This document shows positions 1 to 8,972 of a stretch of DNA of 32,607 nucleotides, in pieces. Numbering within the stretch: position 1 is the stretch's first letter; each line of letters starts with the position of its first letter. The translations under genes were made by a program, and so were the position numbers. The notes beneath the pieces are model-generated. The model saw only the letters and a list, made by a program, of their open reading frames with translations, ran no database searches and had not been told where the DNA came from. The stretch is from an uncultured Myxococcales bacterium (GTDB lineage: Bacteria > Myxococcota_A > Polyangia > Polyangiales > Houyiibacteriaceae), in assembly GCA_965365555.1 (NCBI GenBank), contig CBDUCC010000003.1:1-32607 (forward strand). The letters are read 5' to 3'.

Positions 1-1
1 C

Positions 2-952
2 GCCCAGGGCGAGGCCGGACGTACGCTCGTCTCCTGCGACGACGGGCGCTCTTGGGTCGCTGACCAATCGGATCACGACGGCAACTACTGCAATAGTCCC
101 GATTGCGATCACCATCCGGGCGCAGGCCGCGGCCTCGCCTGGGCTGAGGGTTGGTTCTTCGCGGCCTTCGGCTGGGGCGCTCCGGGTGCAATCCTGAGAA
201 GCCGAGACGGCGTGGTCTGGGAACCGGCGCTCGAGGGCGAGGTCTTCGGCGGAATCGCGTACGGGAACGATCGAATTCTCGCAGCGCACAGGTACAGCCG
301 CTACTCGGACGATCTCGGAGAGACATGGCCCAAAGCGGGTGAAGCCTCGATCTCAGGACGCAACGTGAGAGCGACCGCGTTCGTACCTCACGACGGTGGT
401 CTTTTCATCATCTCCGCGAGCAGCTCGACGACATCGGAGCTCGTCTACAGCCGCGATGGTCTGAGCTGGCAAGCACCGGAGACGCTGCCCGAGAGTTGTG
501 CGAGCTCGGTGAGGCTGCCGGGACGAATCCTCTACGGGAACGGCACGATCGTGACCACCGGTGAGGACGGAACGATATGCCGTTCAACCGATGGCGGTCG
601 AAACTGGACCGCGAAATCGATCTCGAGTCGACTGAGGGGCGGCGGAATTTGGAACGGCTCCGAGTTCATGACCTGGGATCGCGGATCCCTCTTCCGAAGC
701 CCGGATGGCGCCGAATGGACCGAAACGAGCACGATTCCGAGTGACGTCGACGTGGGCGTCGTCGCGATCAGCGATCGGGGTACGCTCGCGTCGATCACGG
801 CAGGCTCCAAGCAAGAGTACGAGGGCCAGCTCGCGTACCGAAGCGAGGATGGCATCCATTGGGAGGTTCTCTCGGGCAATGCCTTTTCGCAGGGACACCC
901 GATGCGCGCCATGATCTTTGGCTACGGGAAACCGAGCCAGTACTGCCCCTGA
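2..952 (+). CDS. Asp-box/BNR-repeat beta-propeller protein, 5'-partial (frame open from the window edge)
   Basis: The frame of ORF 212..952 stays open back to position 2 (AQGEAGRTLVSCDDGRSW...). It has seven S-x-D-x(0-1)-G-x-x-W boxes: SCDDGRSW, SRDGVVW, SDDLGETW, SRDGLSW, STDGGRNW, SPDGAEW, SEDGIHW. Confidence 0.75.
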   Translation, partial: AQGEAGRTLVSCDDGRSWVADQSDHDGNYCNSPDCDHHPGAGRGLAWAEGWFFAAFGWGAPGAILRSRDGVVWEPALEGEVFGGIAYGNDRILAAHRYSRYSDDLGETWPKAGEASISGRNVRATAFVPHDGGLFIISASSSTTSELVYSRDGLSWQAPETLPESCASSVRLPGRILYGNGTIVTTGEDGTICRSTDGGRNWTAKSISSRLRGGGIWNGSEFMTWDRGSLFRSPDGAEWTETSTIPSDVDVGVVAISDRGTLASITAGSKQEYEGQLAYRSEDGIHWEVLSGNAFSQGHPMRAMIFGYGKPSQYCP

Positions 953-958
953 AGGCAG

Positions 959-1765
959 TTAGCTACGACCGATCAGCTTCTTCACCGCGCGCTTGGCGGA
1001 TGGGTAGAGATCAGTTCGGGCTCGTTCGATGGGCATCAGCAGATACGCGCGAAGTCTCTCGTTTGGGCGAGCCTTGAAGATGGTCGTGTGCTTCGTCCCA
1101 TCCCAATGCTCGGGCGCCTCTTTGGTGAAGTAATACGCCGCGTAAGAAATTCGTTGATGGCCTTCGGGGCACTTGACGGGCTCTACGCCGTGGAAGCTGA
1201 TCTCGCTGGTGGCGAAGACGACGCATCGGTTCAGCAGCGGCTTGACAGTGCAGGCCTTCTTTCGGACCTTCTCGTCCCAGAGCTCGACGCCTCCACCCCA
1301 CTCGTCTTTCCAGCCTTCGTTGAGGTAGACCAGAATGTTGAGCCTTCGGTGGAGGTCTCGCGACTTTACATAGTTGAAGTCCACATGCACATCGAGCCGG
1401 CCGCTCGGTCCGGTCAGATGCATTCCGCCGCCCCGTAGCTCTTCGTCGTAGAGCAGGTGGTCGATGCCGGTAATGTACTCGAGGTCCTCGATGAAGCTGC
1501 GGGACGAGAGTGCCTCGTTGAGTCGCTTGACCGGCTCCGGAAACTTCTCCGCATCGGTGATCTGCACTTTGCGAGTCTCGTTGACCGCGCGAAACTCGCG
1601 GCCGGCATCCCTCGCCTCGTTGTAACTTGGATAGGATGCCGCCACTTCTCGTGCGAAGTCGGGATCGAGAAAGTTCTCGAGAACCATGTGCGGAAACGGA
1701 GTGGCCGATTGAAACTGAGCCCGAAGGGTCTCCCGATCGAGGGGTCGGATGGGGGAGCTAGCCAT
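959..1765 (-). CDS. 2OG-Fe(II) oxygenase superfamily protein
   Basis: HxD (LDVHVDFN), distal His (SFHG) and downstream Arg (QRIS), plus PFPHMVLENFL and RRLNILVYLN...WGGGVELWD segments. A purine-rich stretch lies upstream of the ATG. Confidence 0.85.
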   Translation of the reverse strand: MASSPIRPLDRETLRAQFQSATPFPHMVLENFLDPDFAREVAASYPSYNEARDAGREFRAVNETRKVQITDAEKFPEPVKRLNEALSSRSFIEDLEYITGIDHLLYDEELRGGGMHLTGPSGRLDVHVDFNYVKSRDLHRRLNILVYLNEGWKDEWGGGVELWDEKVRKKACTVKPLLNRCVVFATSEISFHGVEPVKCPEGHQRISYAAYYFTKEAPEHWDGTKHTTIFKARPNERLRAYLLMPIERARTDLYPSAKRAVKKLIGRS

Positions 1766-1834
1766 GAGGGAGATCGTAGCCTACGGTTTGGAGTGCTGCC
1801 CACGGTTCCTACTCGGATGTGGTACCGTGTAGGT

Positions 1835-1892
1835 ATCAAAAAAGTGATGACACTGTTTGACAAATCACGGTGGTAGACGACACTTTTTGACA
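1835..1892. promoter_or_regulatory. Divergent intergenic region with a repeated 14-bp motif, candidate operator
   Basis: GACACTGTTTGACA (1849-1862) and GACACTTTTTGACA (1879-1892) are 30 bp apart, each ending in TTGACA. A looser inverted copy lies at ~1835-1847 in an AT-rich stretch. Confidence 0.4.
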
Positions 1893-1939
1893 TTCGCGTG
1901 TTAAGAATAAGTTCCCTCTTTTCCTCCATGAGGCGCTGC

Positions 1940-4900
1940 ATGTTTCGTTCCCTTCTCCGCCCGCCGCCGGCTGGGCTGGCCGCGGCCGGCTTTCTCCTGA
2001 TCTTTGCTCTGCTCACCCCAGGATGTGGTGACTCGGGCGACTTCGATACCAGCCCTGGGGACGCCCTTCCGACTGCGGAGCTTGCCAAGAAGGGAGGGCT
2101 CGACAATCCGCCGGTGCCCGTCGGCCCCTTCTTGAACGGCGCGTTCCCAACGCAGACCCCGAGCGATCTCTCGAGCTCGAGCTGGACGATCGTGGAGGCG
2201 TTCCCGAACGTCCAGTTCAATCAGACCCTGGTCATCTCGACGAACCCGCAGGCGGGGGACAATCGACTCTATGTCGGATCGCGCGACGGGAACATCTATT
2301 CGATGGAGAATGATCCGAGCGTCACGACCGCCGAGCCTTTCATGGACATCCGCGATCGGGTCGCCGTGGTCTGGGACGGCGGCTTCCTCGGCCTCGCATT
2401 CCATCCGGAGTTCGGAACGCCGGGATCCCCGTACGAGACGACGTTCTACACGTACTACTCGTCGTACTGTCCCACGACCTGGGACGGGCAGAAGTACGTC
2501 AACGACTTCGGGAACTGCAACCCTGGATACCCGCAGAGCTCTACCGGCGGTTTCTTCGGAACCTGGTTGAGAGGGTCGGAGTTCCAGGCGTACTTCGATT
2601 CAACGGCAGGGGTCTGGCGTGGTGATCCAGCTTCCGAGAAGCCGTTGTTCAACATCAGGCTCTACAACGGCTCACACCGCGGTGGCGGACCGATCTTCGG
2701 TGACGATGGCTACATGTACATCATCATTGGCGATCAGTTTCGTTACGACACCGCGCAGGACATTTCAGGCAACTTCGAAGGCGGGTCGATTCGAGTGTCG
2801 GTGGACGTCGTCGACAACGGTGACGGTACCTGGACTTGCCCCTCCGGGACTCACCACCCCAACCGGAACATGCGCGATGTAACCGGAAATTCCGATGAAA
2901 TGACCGGCCAGTACTATTGCATTCCGGACGACAATCCCTGGCCGAGTCCGGCAGGCGATCGATTCGAGGAGTTCTATTCGATCGGCCACCGGAATCCACA
3001 CCGGATATCGGTAGACCCGGTGACGGGGCGCATCTGGTCCGGTGAGGTGGGCCAGAGCACGCGCGAAGAGATCAACGTGATCCTCTGGGGCCGGAACTAC
3101 CAGTGGCCTTACAGGGAGGGACTCACGACTGGTGTTCGTCAAAAACCGAGCACGATCCTCGGTACGGAACAACCGCCGGTCATCGACTTCGACCGCACGG
3201 AGGCGCGCACGATCATCGGTGGATACGTCTATCGTGGAACGAAGTTCCCCGAGCTCTACGGGAAATACATCGCAGGAGACTATTCGACCAACAACGTTTG
3301 GGCGTTCACGCTCAACGAGACCACGCTCACGGCAACGAAGGATCTGCTGACGGTGTTCACACCAGGGGCGCTTTCTACCTTCGGTCAGGACAAGGCCGGT
3401 GAGATCTTTCTTGGCGACGTGTTCGGCGACGATGCGCTCTACGCCCTCGAGAGGGTTGGAGCCCCGAGCGCGGATCCACCCAGCATGCTATCCGAACTGG
3501 GCGTCTTCACGGACACGGCAAGCTTCGAGCTCAGCCCCTACTGGATCCCCTACGGGCTGAATCAGCCATTCTGGTCCGACGGCGCGGAGAAGTCTCGATG
3601 GATCGCGCTTCCCAACGATGGAACGCGCGACACGATCGACGAGAAGATCATCTACTCGGAAAACGGAGTCTGGGCGTACCCGGTCGGAACCGTGCTGATG
3701 AAGCACTTCGAGCTCGTGCTGGACGAGAACGATCCAAGCAACCGCACCCGGCTCGAGACGCGGTTCATGGTGCTCGGCGAGGACGACCGCTGGTACGGGG
3801 TGACGTACCGGTGGCGCGAAGACCAATCCGATGCGGACCTCCTGACGAGCTTCGACACAGCGGACTACACGATCGCCCTCGCGGAAGGGGGAACGCGCGA
3901 TCAGACTTGGTACTTCCCGTCGCGACAGGAGTGCCTGAACTGCCACCTCGAGGCATCCGGCGGCGCTCTCGGGCTGAACGCCCGGCAGCAGAACGGTGAC
4001 TTCTTCTACCCGTCGACGGGCAGGACCGACAACCAGCTCGCCACGTGGAACGAGCTCGGAATGTTCTCTCCGCCTCTCGATGAGTCGACCCTTTCGACCA
4101 TGATCCGTTCGGTCGACTTTAACGACGTCACGGCGTCACTCGGAACGCGCGCACGCTCATGGTTGGACTCGAACTGTGGCTATTGCCATAGGCCGGGAGC
4201 TGTGAACGCAGGGTTCGATGCCCGGCTGACCACACCTTTCGAGAATCAGGGAATGGCCTTTGGAGGAGTCCGGAACGATCTCGGCATTCCGGGGTTGACG
4301 ATCCTGACTCCCGGCGACCCGATCCTCTCAGCGATCTATCAGCGCTCAGGAATCGTCGGACCTGTGGCGATGCCGCCCTTGGCGAAGGCACTGGTGCAGA
4401 CTCCTGCCGTCGAGATCCTCGGTGAGTGGATCACGCGGGTGGAGGGCGATCTCGGACTGAATGGAATCAACTACGAATACTACGAACCCGGCCCCATGGA
4501 CTTCTTGCCGGACTTCGACGCACTCACGCCGGTTGCGACCGGGACCGTGAGCTCGTTCGACATCGGCGTGCGCCTGCGTGAGGAGGAGTTCGCCTTTCGG
4601 TTCACGAGCCTTCTCTACGTTGCAATCGCTGGAGAGTACACCTTCTACACCAGCTCGGACGACGGTAGCCAGCTCTTCATCGACGGAAGCCTAGTCGTCG
4701 ACAACGACGGCCTGCACGGTGTGCAAGAAGCCTCGAACGCCATCGCCTTGAGCAACGGTTACCATACGATCGAGGTCACGATGTTCGAGAATCGAGGCGG
4801 GCAAGCGCTCTCGGTCAACTGGGAAGGCCCGGATACCTCCGGCCAGAAGGAGCCGATCGGCCCAGGCAAGCTATTCCTGCAGGAGCCGACCATCGACAAT

Positions 4901-7900
4901 GCTCCTCCGACCCTCAGCGATCCGGGTTCACAGCAAACCGGCATCGGAACGACCGCCTCACTGAGTCTCCTCGCAACCGATCCCGACAACGATTTCTTGT
5001 ACTTCGACGCAGCAGGCCTTCCGCCTGGCCTCACGATCGATCACACCACCGGGGACATCTCTGGCGTTCCCGACTCGAGCGCTGTCGGTACCTACTCCGT
5101 CACCGCAAGCGCATCGGATGCGGTCGACGTGTCCGTGGTCTCCTTCGCATGGGCGATCACGGGAACCGGCAGCTCGTTCTGCGGCGACGGCACGGTGGAC
5201 ACGGGCGAGGAGTGCGACGATGGAAACAATGCGAACGGTGACGGTTGCTCGTCGGCTTGTGCACTCGAGTTCTGTGGTGACGGCGTGGTCAACAACAATG
5301 GCACCGAGCAGTGCGACGATGGCAACAACCTCGACGGCGACGGCTGTGCCTTCAACTGCACGATAGAGATCGCCCCTGCTTGTGGAGATGGAAACGTCGA
5401 TGCCGGCGAGGAGTGTGACGATGGAAACACGGTCAGTGGGGACGGCTGCACGGCCATCTGCATTCTGGAGTTCTGCGGTGACGCCATCGTCAACAACGGC
5501 GGCATCGAACAGTGCGACGACGGAAACACCGTAGATGGTGACGGCTGCGCCTTCGACTGCAGCTTGGAGGGAGGCGCCGACCTCACCTACACCGGTTCCA
5601 TCATCGCCCGGATCACGGAGCCGAGAGGAAGCGGAAGCAAAGACCTCGAGGTCATTCGCGACGGGGACAAGCCCCCGGTCGGAGATCGCTCTCGGACGCG
5701 CCAGTACGACACCTACTCCGGCGGCGCCTTCGCAGCCGAAGATTGGATCGGCTACGAGTACGCGACCGAGCGGCTCTTCGGTCAGGTCGTCTTCCAGGAG
5801 GGCCGTGAGTTCGGCGACGGCGGCTATTTCCTCGACCTCACGGTGCAGGTCCGCCAGGGCGGAACCTGGTTCGAAGCGCCAGGTGTGACGATCACTCCTT
5901 CGTACGCGGGCGCTGACGGTGTGAGCTACAATACGTACGTGATCGACTTCGCCCCCGTCTTCGGCGACGCTATCCGAATCTACGGCGCGCCTGGCGGCAC
6001 GAAGTACTTCATCTCCGTCGGCGAGCTCGAGGTCTTCGGCCCGGACAACATCCTCTGCGGAAACGGCTCCCTCGACGGAAGCGAGTCCTGCGACGACGGC
6101 AACACGCTGAGCGGCGACGGATGCTCGGCGATTTGTGAGATCGAAACTTGCGGCGATGGCGAGCTCAACAACAATGGGACGGAAGCCTGCGAGCCTCCGG
6201 GAACCGATCTGTGCGATGACAGCTGCCAGCTTCGCGCTCCGCTCTGTGGCGATGGATTCCTGACACCGCCCGAAGAGTGCGATGACGGGAACCTCGACGA
6301 TGGCGACGGATGCTCATCGACCTGCACCGAGGAGCTCCCCCCGCCTTGCGGTGACGGCATCGTCGACCCAGGCGAGGAATGCGATGACGGCAATGAGTTG
6401 AGCGGCGACGGATGCTCGGCTCTCTGTGTCTTCGAGTTCTGCGGAGATGGCATCGTCAACAACGGCGGCATCGAACAGTGCGACGACGGAAACACGTTGG
6501 ACGGCGACGGCTGCGCCTTCGACTGTACGCTCGAAGGTAGCGCCGATCTCACCCAGGTCGGCACGATCATCGCGCGCATCACGGCGCCGAGAGGAAGCGG
6601 CAGCAAGGACCTCGAGGTCATCCGAGATGGGGACAAGCCACCGGTCGGAGACCGGTCACGCGACCGTCAGTACGATACCTACTCCGGCGGTGCCTTTTCG
6701 GCGGAAGACTGGTTCGGCTATGCATACAGCTCGGAGCAGCTTTTCGGACAGGTCGTGTTCCAAGAGGGCCGCGAATTCTCGGATGGTGGCTTCTTCGAAA
6801 CGATCACGGTGCAGGTGCGACAAGGTGGAACCTGGATCGAGGCGCCGGGCGTGACGATCACGCCTTCGTACGCGGGCGCTGACGGCGTCAGCTACAACAG
6901 CTATGTCTTCGACTTCGCGCCGGTCTTCGGCGACGCGATTCGCGTGTACGGCGCACCCGGCGGACTCAAGTACTTCACGTCCGTCGCGGAGTTGGAGGTG
7001 TTCGGACCCGACAACATCCTGTGTGGGAACGGTACACTCGACGGAGGCGAGTCCTGCGACGACGGGAACACGGCCGGCGGCGACGGATGCTCGGCGCTCT
7101 GCCAGGTCGAGTTCTGTGGCGACGACGAGCTCAACAACAATGGGACGGAAGCCTGCGAGCCTCCGGGAACCGACCTGTGCGACGACAGCTGCCAGCTTCG
7201 CACCCCGCTCTGTGGCGATGGATTCCTGACACCGCCCGAAGAGTGCGATGACGGGAACCTCGACGATGGCGACGGATGCTCATCGACCTGCACCGAGGAG
7301 CTCCCCCCGCCTTGCGGTGACGGCATCGTCGACCCAGGCGAGGAATGCGATGACGGCAATGAGTTGAGCGGCGACGGATGCTCGGCTCTCTGTGTCTTCG
7401 AGTTCTGCGGAGATGGCATCGTCAACAACGGCGGCATCGAACAGTGCGACGACGGAAACACGTTGGACGGCGACGGCTGCGCCTTCGACTGTACGCTCGA
7501 AGGTAGCGCCGATCTCACCCAGGTCGGCACGATCATCGCGCGCATCACGGCGCCGAGAGGAAGCGGCAGCAAGGACCTCGAGGTCATCCGAGATGGGGAC
7601 AAGCCACCGGTCGGAGATCGCTCTCGGACGCGCCAGTACGATACCTACTCCGGCGGTGCCTTCTCGGCGGAAGACTGGATCGGGTACGAGTACGCGTCCG
7701 AGCAGTGGTTCGGCCAGGTCGTCTTCCAGGAAGGCCGTGAGTTCTCGGACGGTGGATACTTCCTCGACCTCACCGTGCAGGTGCGGCAAGGCGGCACCTG
7801 GTTCGAAGCACCGGGTGTGACGATCACGCCTGCGTATGCGGGGGCCGATGGAATCAATTACAACACCTACACGATCGACTTTGATGCGACCCTAGGCGAT

Positions 7901-7981
7901 GCGATTCGGATCTACGGCGCACCGGGCGGGGTCAAGTATTTCATCTCCGTTGGCGAGCTCGAGGTGTTTGCCGCGGAATAG
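1940..7981 (+). CDS. Giant multidomain lipoprotein: GSDH-like (PQQ-dependent sugar dehydrogenase family) propeller + diheme c-type cytochrome domain + PA14 + Ig-like (He_PIG) + Cys-rich repeats + three discoidin/galactose-binding-like domains
   Basis: Start at ATG 1940 (or 1928) gives a signal peptide with lipobox LLTPG-C. GSDH motifs HRGGGPIFGDDGYMYIIIGD, GHRNPHR, EEIN and NYQWP (~2190-3450). CLNCH (3932-3946), CGYCH (4175-4189) and MPPL. PA14 motif YTFYTSSDDGSQLFIDG...DNDGLHG (~4460-4860). GLPPGLTID...GDISGVP Ig domain (~4900-5160). 14 CGDG/CGNG-type four-Cys repeats from 5180. Confidence 0.85.
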   Translation: MFRSLLRPPPAGLAAAGFLLIFALLTPGCGDSGDFDTSPGDALPTAELAKKGGLDNPPVPVGPFLNGAFPTQTPSDLSSSSWTIVEAFPNVQFNQTLVISTNPQAGDNRLYVGSRDGNIYSMENDPSVTTAEPFMDIRDRVAVVWDGGFLGLAFHPEFGTPGSPYETTFYTYYSSYCPTTWDGQKYVNDFGNCNPGYPQSSTGGFFGTWLRGSEFQAYFDSTAGVWRGDPASEKPLFNIRLYNGSHRGGGPIFGDDGYMYIIIGDQFRYDTAQDISGNFEGGSIRVSVDVVDNGDGTWTCPSGTHHPNRNMRDVTGNSDEMTGQYYCIPDDNPWPSPAGDRFEEFYSIGHRNPHRISVDPVTGRIWSGEVGQSTREEINVILWGRNYQWPYREGLTTGVRQKPSTILGTEQPPVIDFDRTEARTIIGGYVYRGTKFPELYGKYIAGDYSTNNVWAFTLNETTLTATKDLLTVFTPGALSTFGQDKAGEIFLGDVFGDDALYALERVGAPSADPPSMLSELGVFTDTASFELSPYWIPYGLNQPFWSDGAEKSRWIALPNDGTRDTIDEKIIYSENGVWAYPVGTVLMKHFELVLDENDPSNRTRLETRFMVLGEDDRWYGVTYRWREDQSDADLLTSFDTADYTIALAEGGTRDQTWYFPSRQECLNCHLEASGGALGLNARQQNGDFFYPSTGRTDNQLATWNELGMFSPPLDESTLSTMIRSVDFNDVTASLGTRARSWLDSNCGYCHRPGAVNAGFDARLTTPFENQGMAFGGVRNDLGIPGLTILTPGDPILSAIYQRSGIVGPVAMPPLAKALVQTPAVEILGEWITRVEGDLGLNGINYEYYEPGPMDFLPDFDALTPVATGTVSSFDIGVRLREEEFAFRFTSLLYVAIAGEYTFYTSSDDGSQLFIDGSLVVDNDGLHGVQEASNAIALSNGYHTIEVTMFENRGGQALSVNWEGPDTSGQKEPIGPGKLFLQEPTIDNAPPTLSDPGSQQTGIGTTASLSLLATDPDNDFLYFDAAGLPPGLTIDHTTGDISGVPDSSAVGTYSVTASASDAVDVSVVSFAWAITGTGSSFCGDGTVDTGEECDDGNNANGDGCSSACALEFCGDGVVNNNGTEQCDDGNNLDGDGCAFNCTIEIAPACGDGNVDAGEECDDGNTVSGDGCTAICILEFCGDAIVNNGGIEQCDDGNTVDGDGCAFDCSLEGGADLTYTGSIIARITEPRGSGSKDLEVIRDGDKPPVGDRSRTRQYDTYSGGAFAAEDWIGYEYATERLFGQVVFQEGREFGDGGYFLDLTVQVRQGGTWFEAPGVTITPSYAGADGVSYNTYVIDFAPVFGDAIRIYGAPGGTKYFISVGELEVFGPDNILCGNGSLDGSESCDDGNTLSGDGCSAICEIETCGDGELNNNGTEACEPPGTDLCDDSCQLRAPLCGDGFLTPPEECDDGNLDDGDGCSSTCTEELPPPCGDGIVDPGEECDDGNELSGDGCSALCVFEFCGDGIVNNGGIEQCDDGNTLDGDGCAFDCTLEGSADLTQVGTIIARITAPRGSGSKDLEVIRDGDKPPVGDRSRDRQYDTYSGGAFSAEDWFGYAYSSEQLFGQVVFQEGREFSDGGFFETITVQVRQGGTWIEAPGVTITPSYAGADGVSYNSYVFDFAPVFGDAIRVYGAPGGLKYFTSVAELEVFGPDNILCGNGTLDGGESCDDGNTAGGDGCSALCQVEFCGDDELNNNGTEACEPPGTDLCDDSCQLRTPLCGDGFLTPPEECDDGNLDDGDGCSSTCTEELPPPCGDGIVDPGEECDDGNELSGDGCSALCVFEFCGDGIVNNGGIEQCDDGNTLDGDGCAFDCTLEGSADLTQVGTIIARITAPRGSGSKDLEVIRDGDKPPVGDRSRTRQYDTYSGGAFSAEDWIGYEYASEQWFGQVVFQEGREFSDGGYFLDLTVQVRQGGTWFEAPGVTITPAYAGADGINYNTYTIDFDATLGDAIRIYGAPGGVKYFISVGELEVFAAE
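5381..7978 (+). repeat. Intragenic tandem repeat with a 966-nt (322-aa) period, about 2.7 copies
   Basis: Landmarks recur at exactly +966 (GACCTCGAG at 5642, 6608, 7574; GAGCTCAACAAC at 6161, 7127). About 6239-6651 is identical by eye to 7205-7617. Confidence 0.9.
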
Positions 7982-8972
7982 CCTGACCCGACGGGTGCGT
8001 GTACGGACCCAGTGGATCCCAGAAATGAATCCAAATATCGCGCCACTGCGCCTCGCAGGCCGGTGACTGATACCTCGATTGAAGCGCGGCTCGAATCGAG
8101 GAAACCGACCAACCCAGCGTCCAGAACAAATTCGCGGCGAGCAGTCCTCCCCGGCCGTACCGCTCGTAGAAATAGCGAGTACGTGACTCGTAATAGTATC
8201 GCGGTAGGCGCTTCTTCGCGCGAGTCTGAGACTTCACCGGGGAGCTGCCGCCTCGAAGGTGGACGACTCTGGCCTCCGGATGATGGAGAACGCGCCATCC
8301 GGCATCTCGCGCCCTGGCGCAAAACTCCGAGTCCTCGAAGTACATGAAGAAGCCTTCATCGAGAAGGCCCACGTCCACGAACACCTCTGCACGAATCAGG
8401 ACGCAGGCGAAGCTCGTCCATTCCGGAAACGAGTCGGCATCCTTGACGGGGATGGGCACGTCGTAGCGGGCGAGCAAATTGGTGATTGGGCCCGTGGCCG
8501 CCCCGTCGATGAGCTCGCTGACGGGCCGATGAAAGCGAAAGCAGCTTTCTTGCGGCGTCCCATCGGGCCATTGGAGTCGGGGGCTGATCAGTCCCGAGTC
8601 AGGATCCGCCGTCGCCCTCGCCAACAATTTGGCGATCGCACCGTCCTCGAGCAGCGTGTCGCTGTTGAGCAGCAGGTAGTAGTCTGCGTCGCAACTGCGT
8701 ATCCCAAGATTGTTCCCGGCTGCGAAGCCTCCGTTGGTTTCCGAGGCAATGACCTGAACGACGTCGGCTGCGTCGTTCTCGCATACCCATCTAGAGAGGC
8801 TCTCGACGGAATCGTCGGGGGACGCGTTGTCGACCAGCGCGACCCGACCTCCGGACTCACGAACTTGCGGAACCAACGTCCGCAAGCAATCGATGACCAT
8901 CGAAGGGGTACGGTAGTTCACCACCACGACGCAAATCGGAATCTTGCACTCGTCGGCGCTCTCGATAGTCAT
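7941..8972 (-). CDS. Glycosyltransferase family 2
   Basis: VVVVNYRT, VDNASPD, NGGFAAGNN, LLLNSD, LLDEGFFMYFEDSEFC. The probable start is ATG 8972, an ATGA overlap with the upstream sulfotransferase stop, not 9203. Confidence 0.9.
   Translation of the reverse strand: MTIESADECKIPICVVVVNYRTPSMVIDCLRTLVPQVRESGGRVALVDNASPDDSVESLSRWVCENDAADVVQVIASETNGGFAAGNNLGIRSCDADYYLLLNSDTLLEDGAIAKLLARATADPDSGLISPRLQWPDGTPQESCFRFHRPVSELIDGAATGPITNLLARYDVPIPVKDADSFPEWTSFACVLIRAEVFVDVGLLDEGFFMYFEDSEFCARARDAGWRVLHHPEARVVHLRGGSSPVKSQTRAKKRLPRYYYESRTRYFYERYGRGGLLAANLFWTLGWSVSSIRAALQSRYQSPACEAQWRDIWIHFWDPLGPYTHPSGQAIPRQTPRARQRR

Noticed and set aside
5092-7602. Long antisense ORFs (5092..5586, 5980..6636, 6901..7602) rich in Ser/Pro/Gln
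   Set aside because: These are shadow frames of the repetitive, GC-rich Cys-repeat coding strand, with no independent motifs.
6161-7617. Near-identical repeats as a diversity-generating retroelement TR/VR pair or a CRISPR array
   Set aside because: Both copies are in-frame coding, the few mismatches are not adenine-specific, there is no repeat-spacer structure, and no reverse transcriptase or cas gene is in the window.
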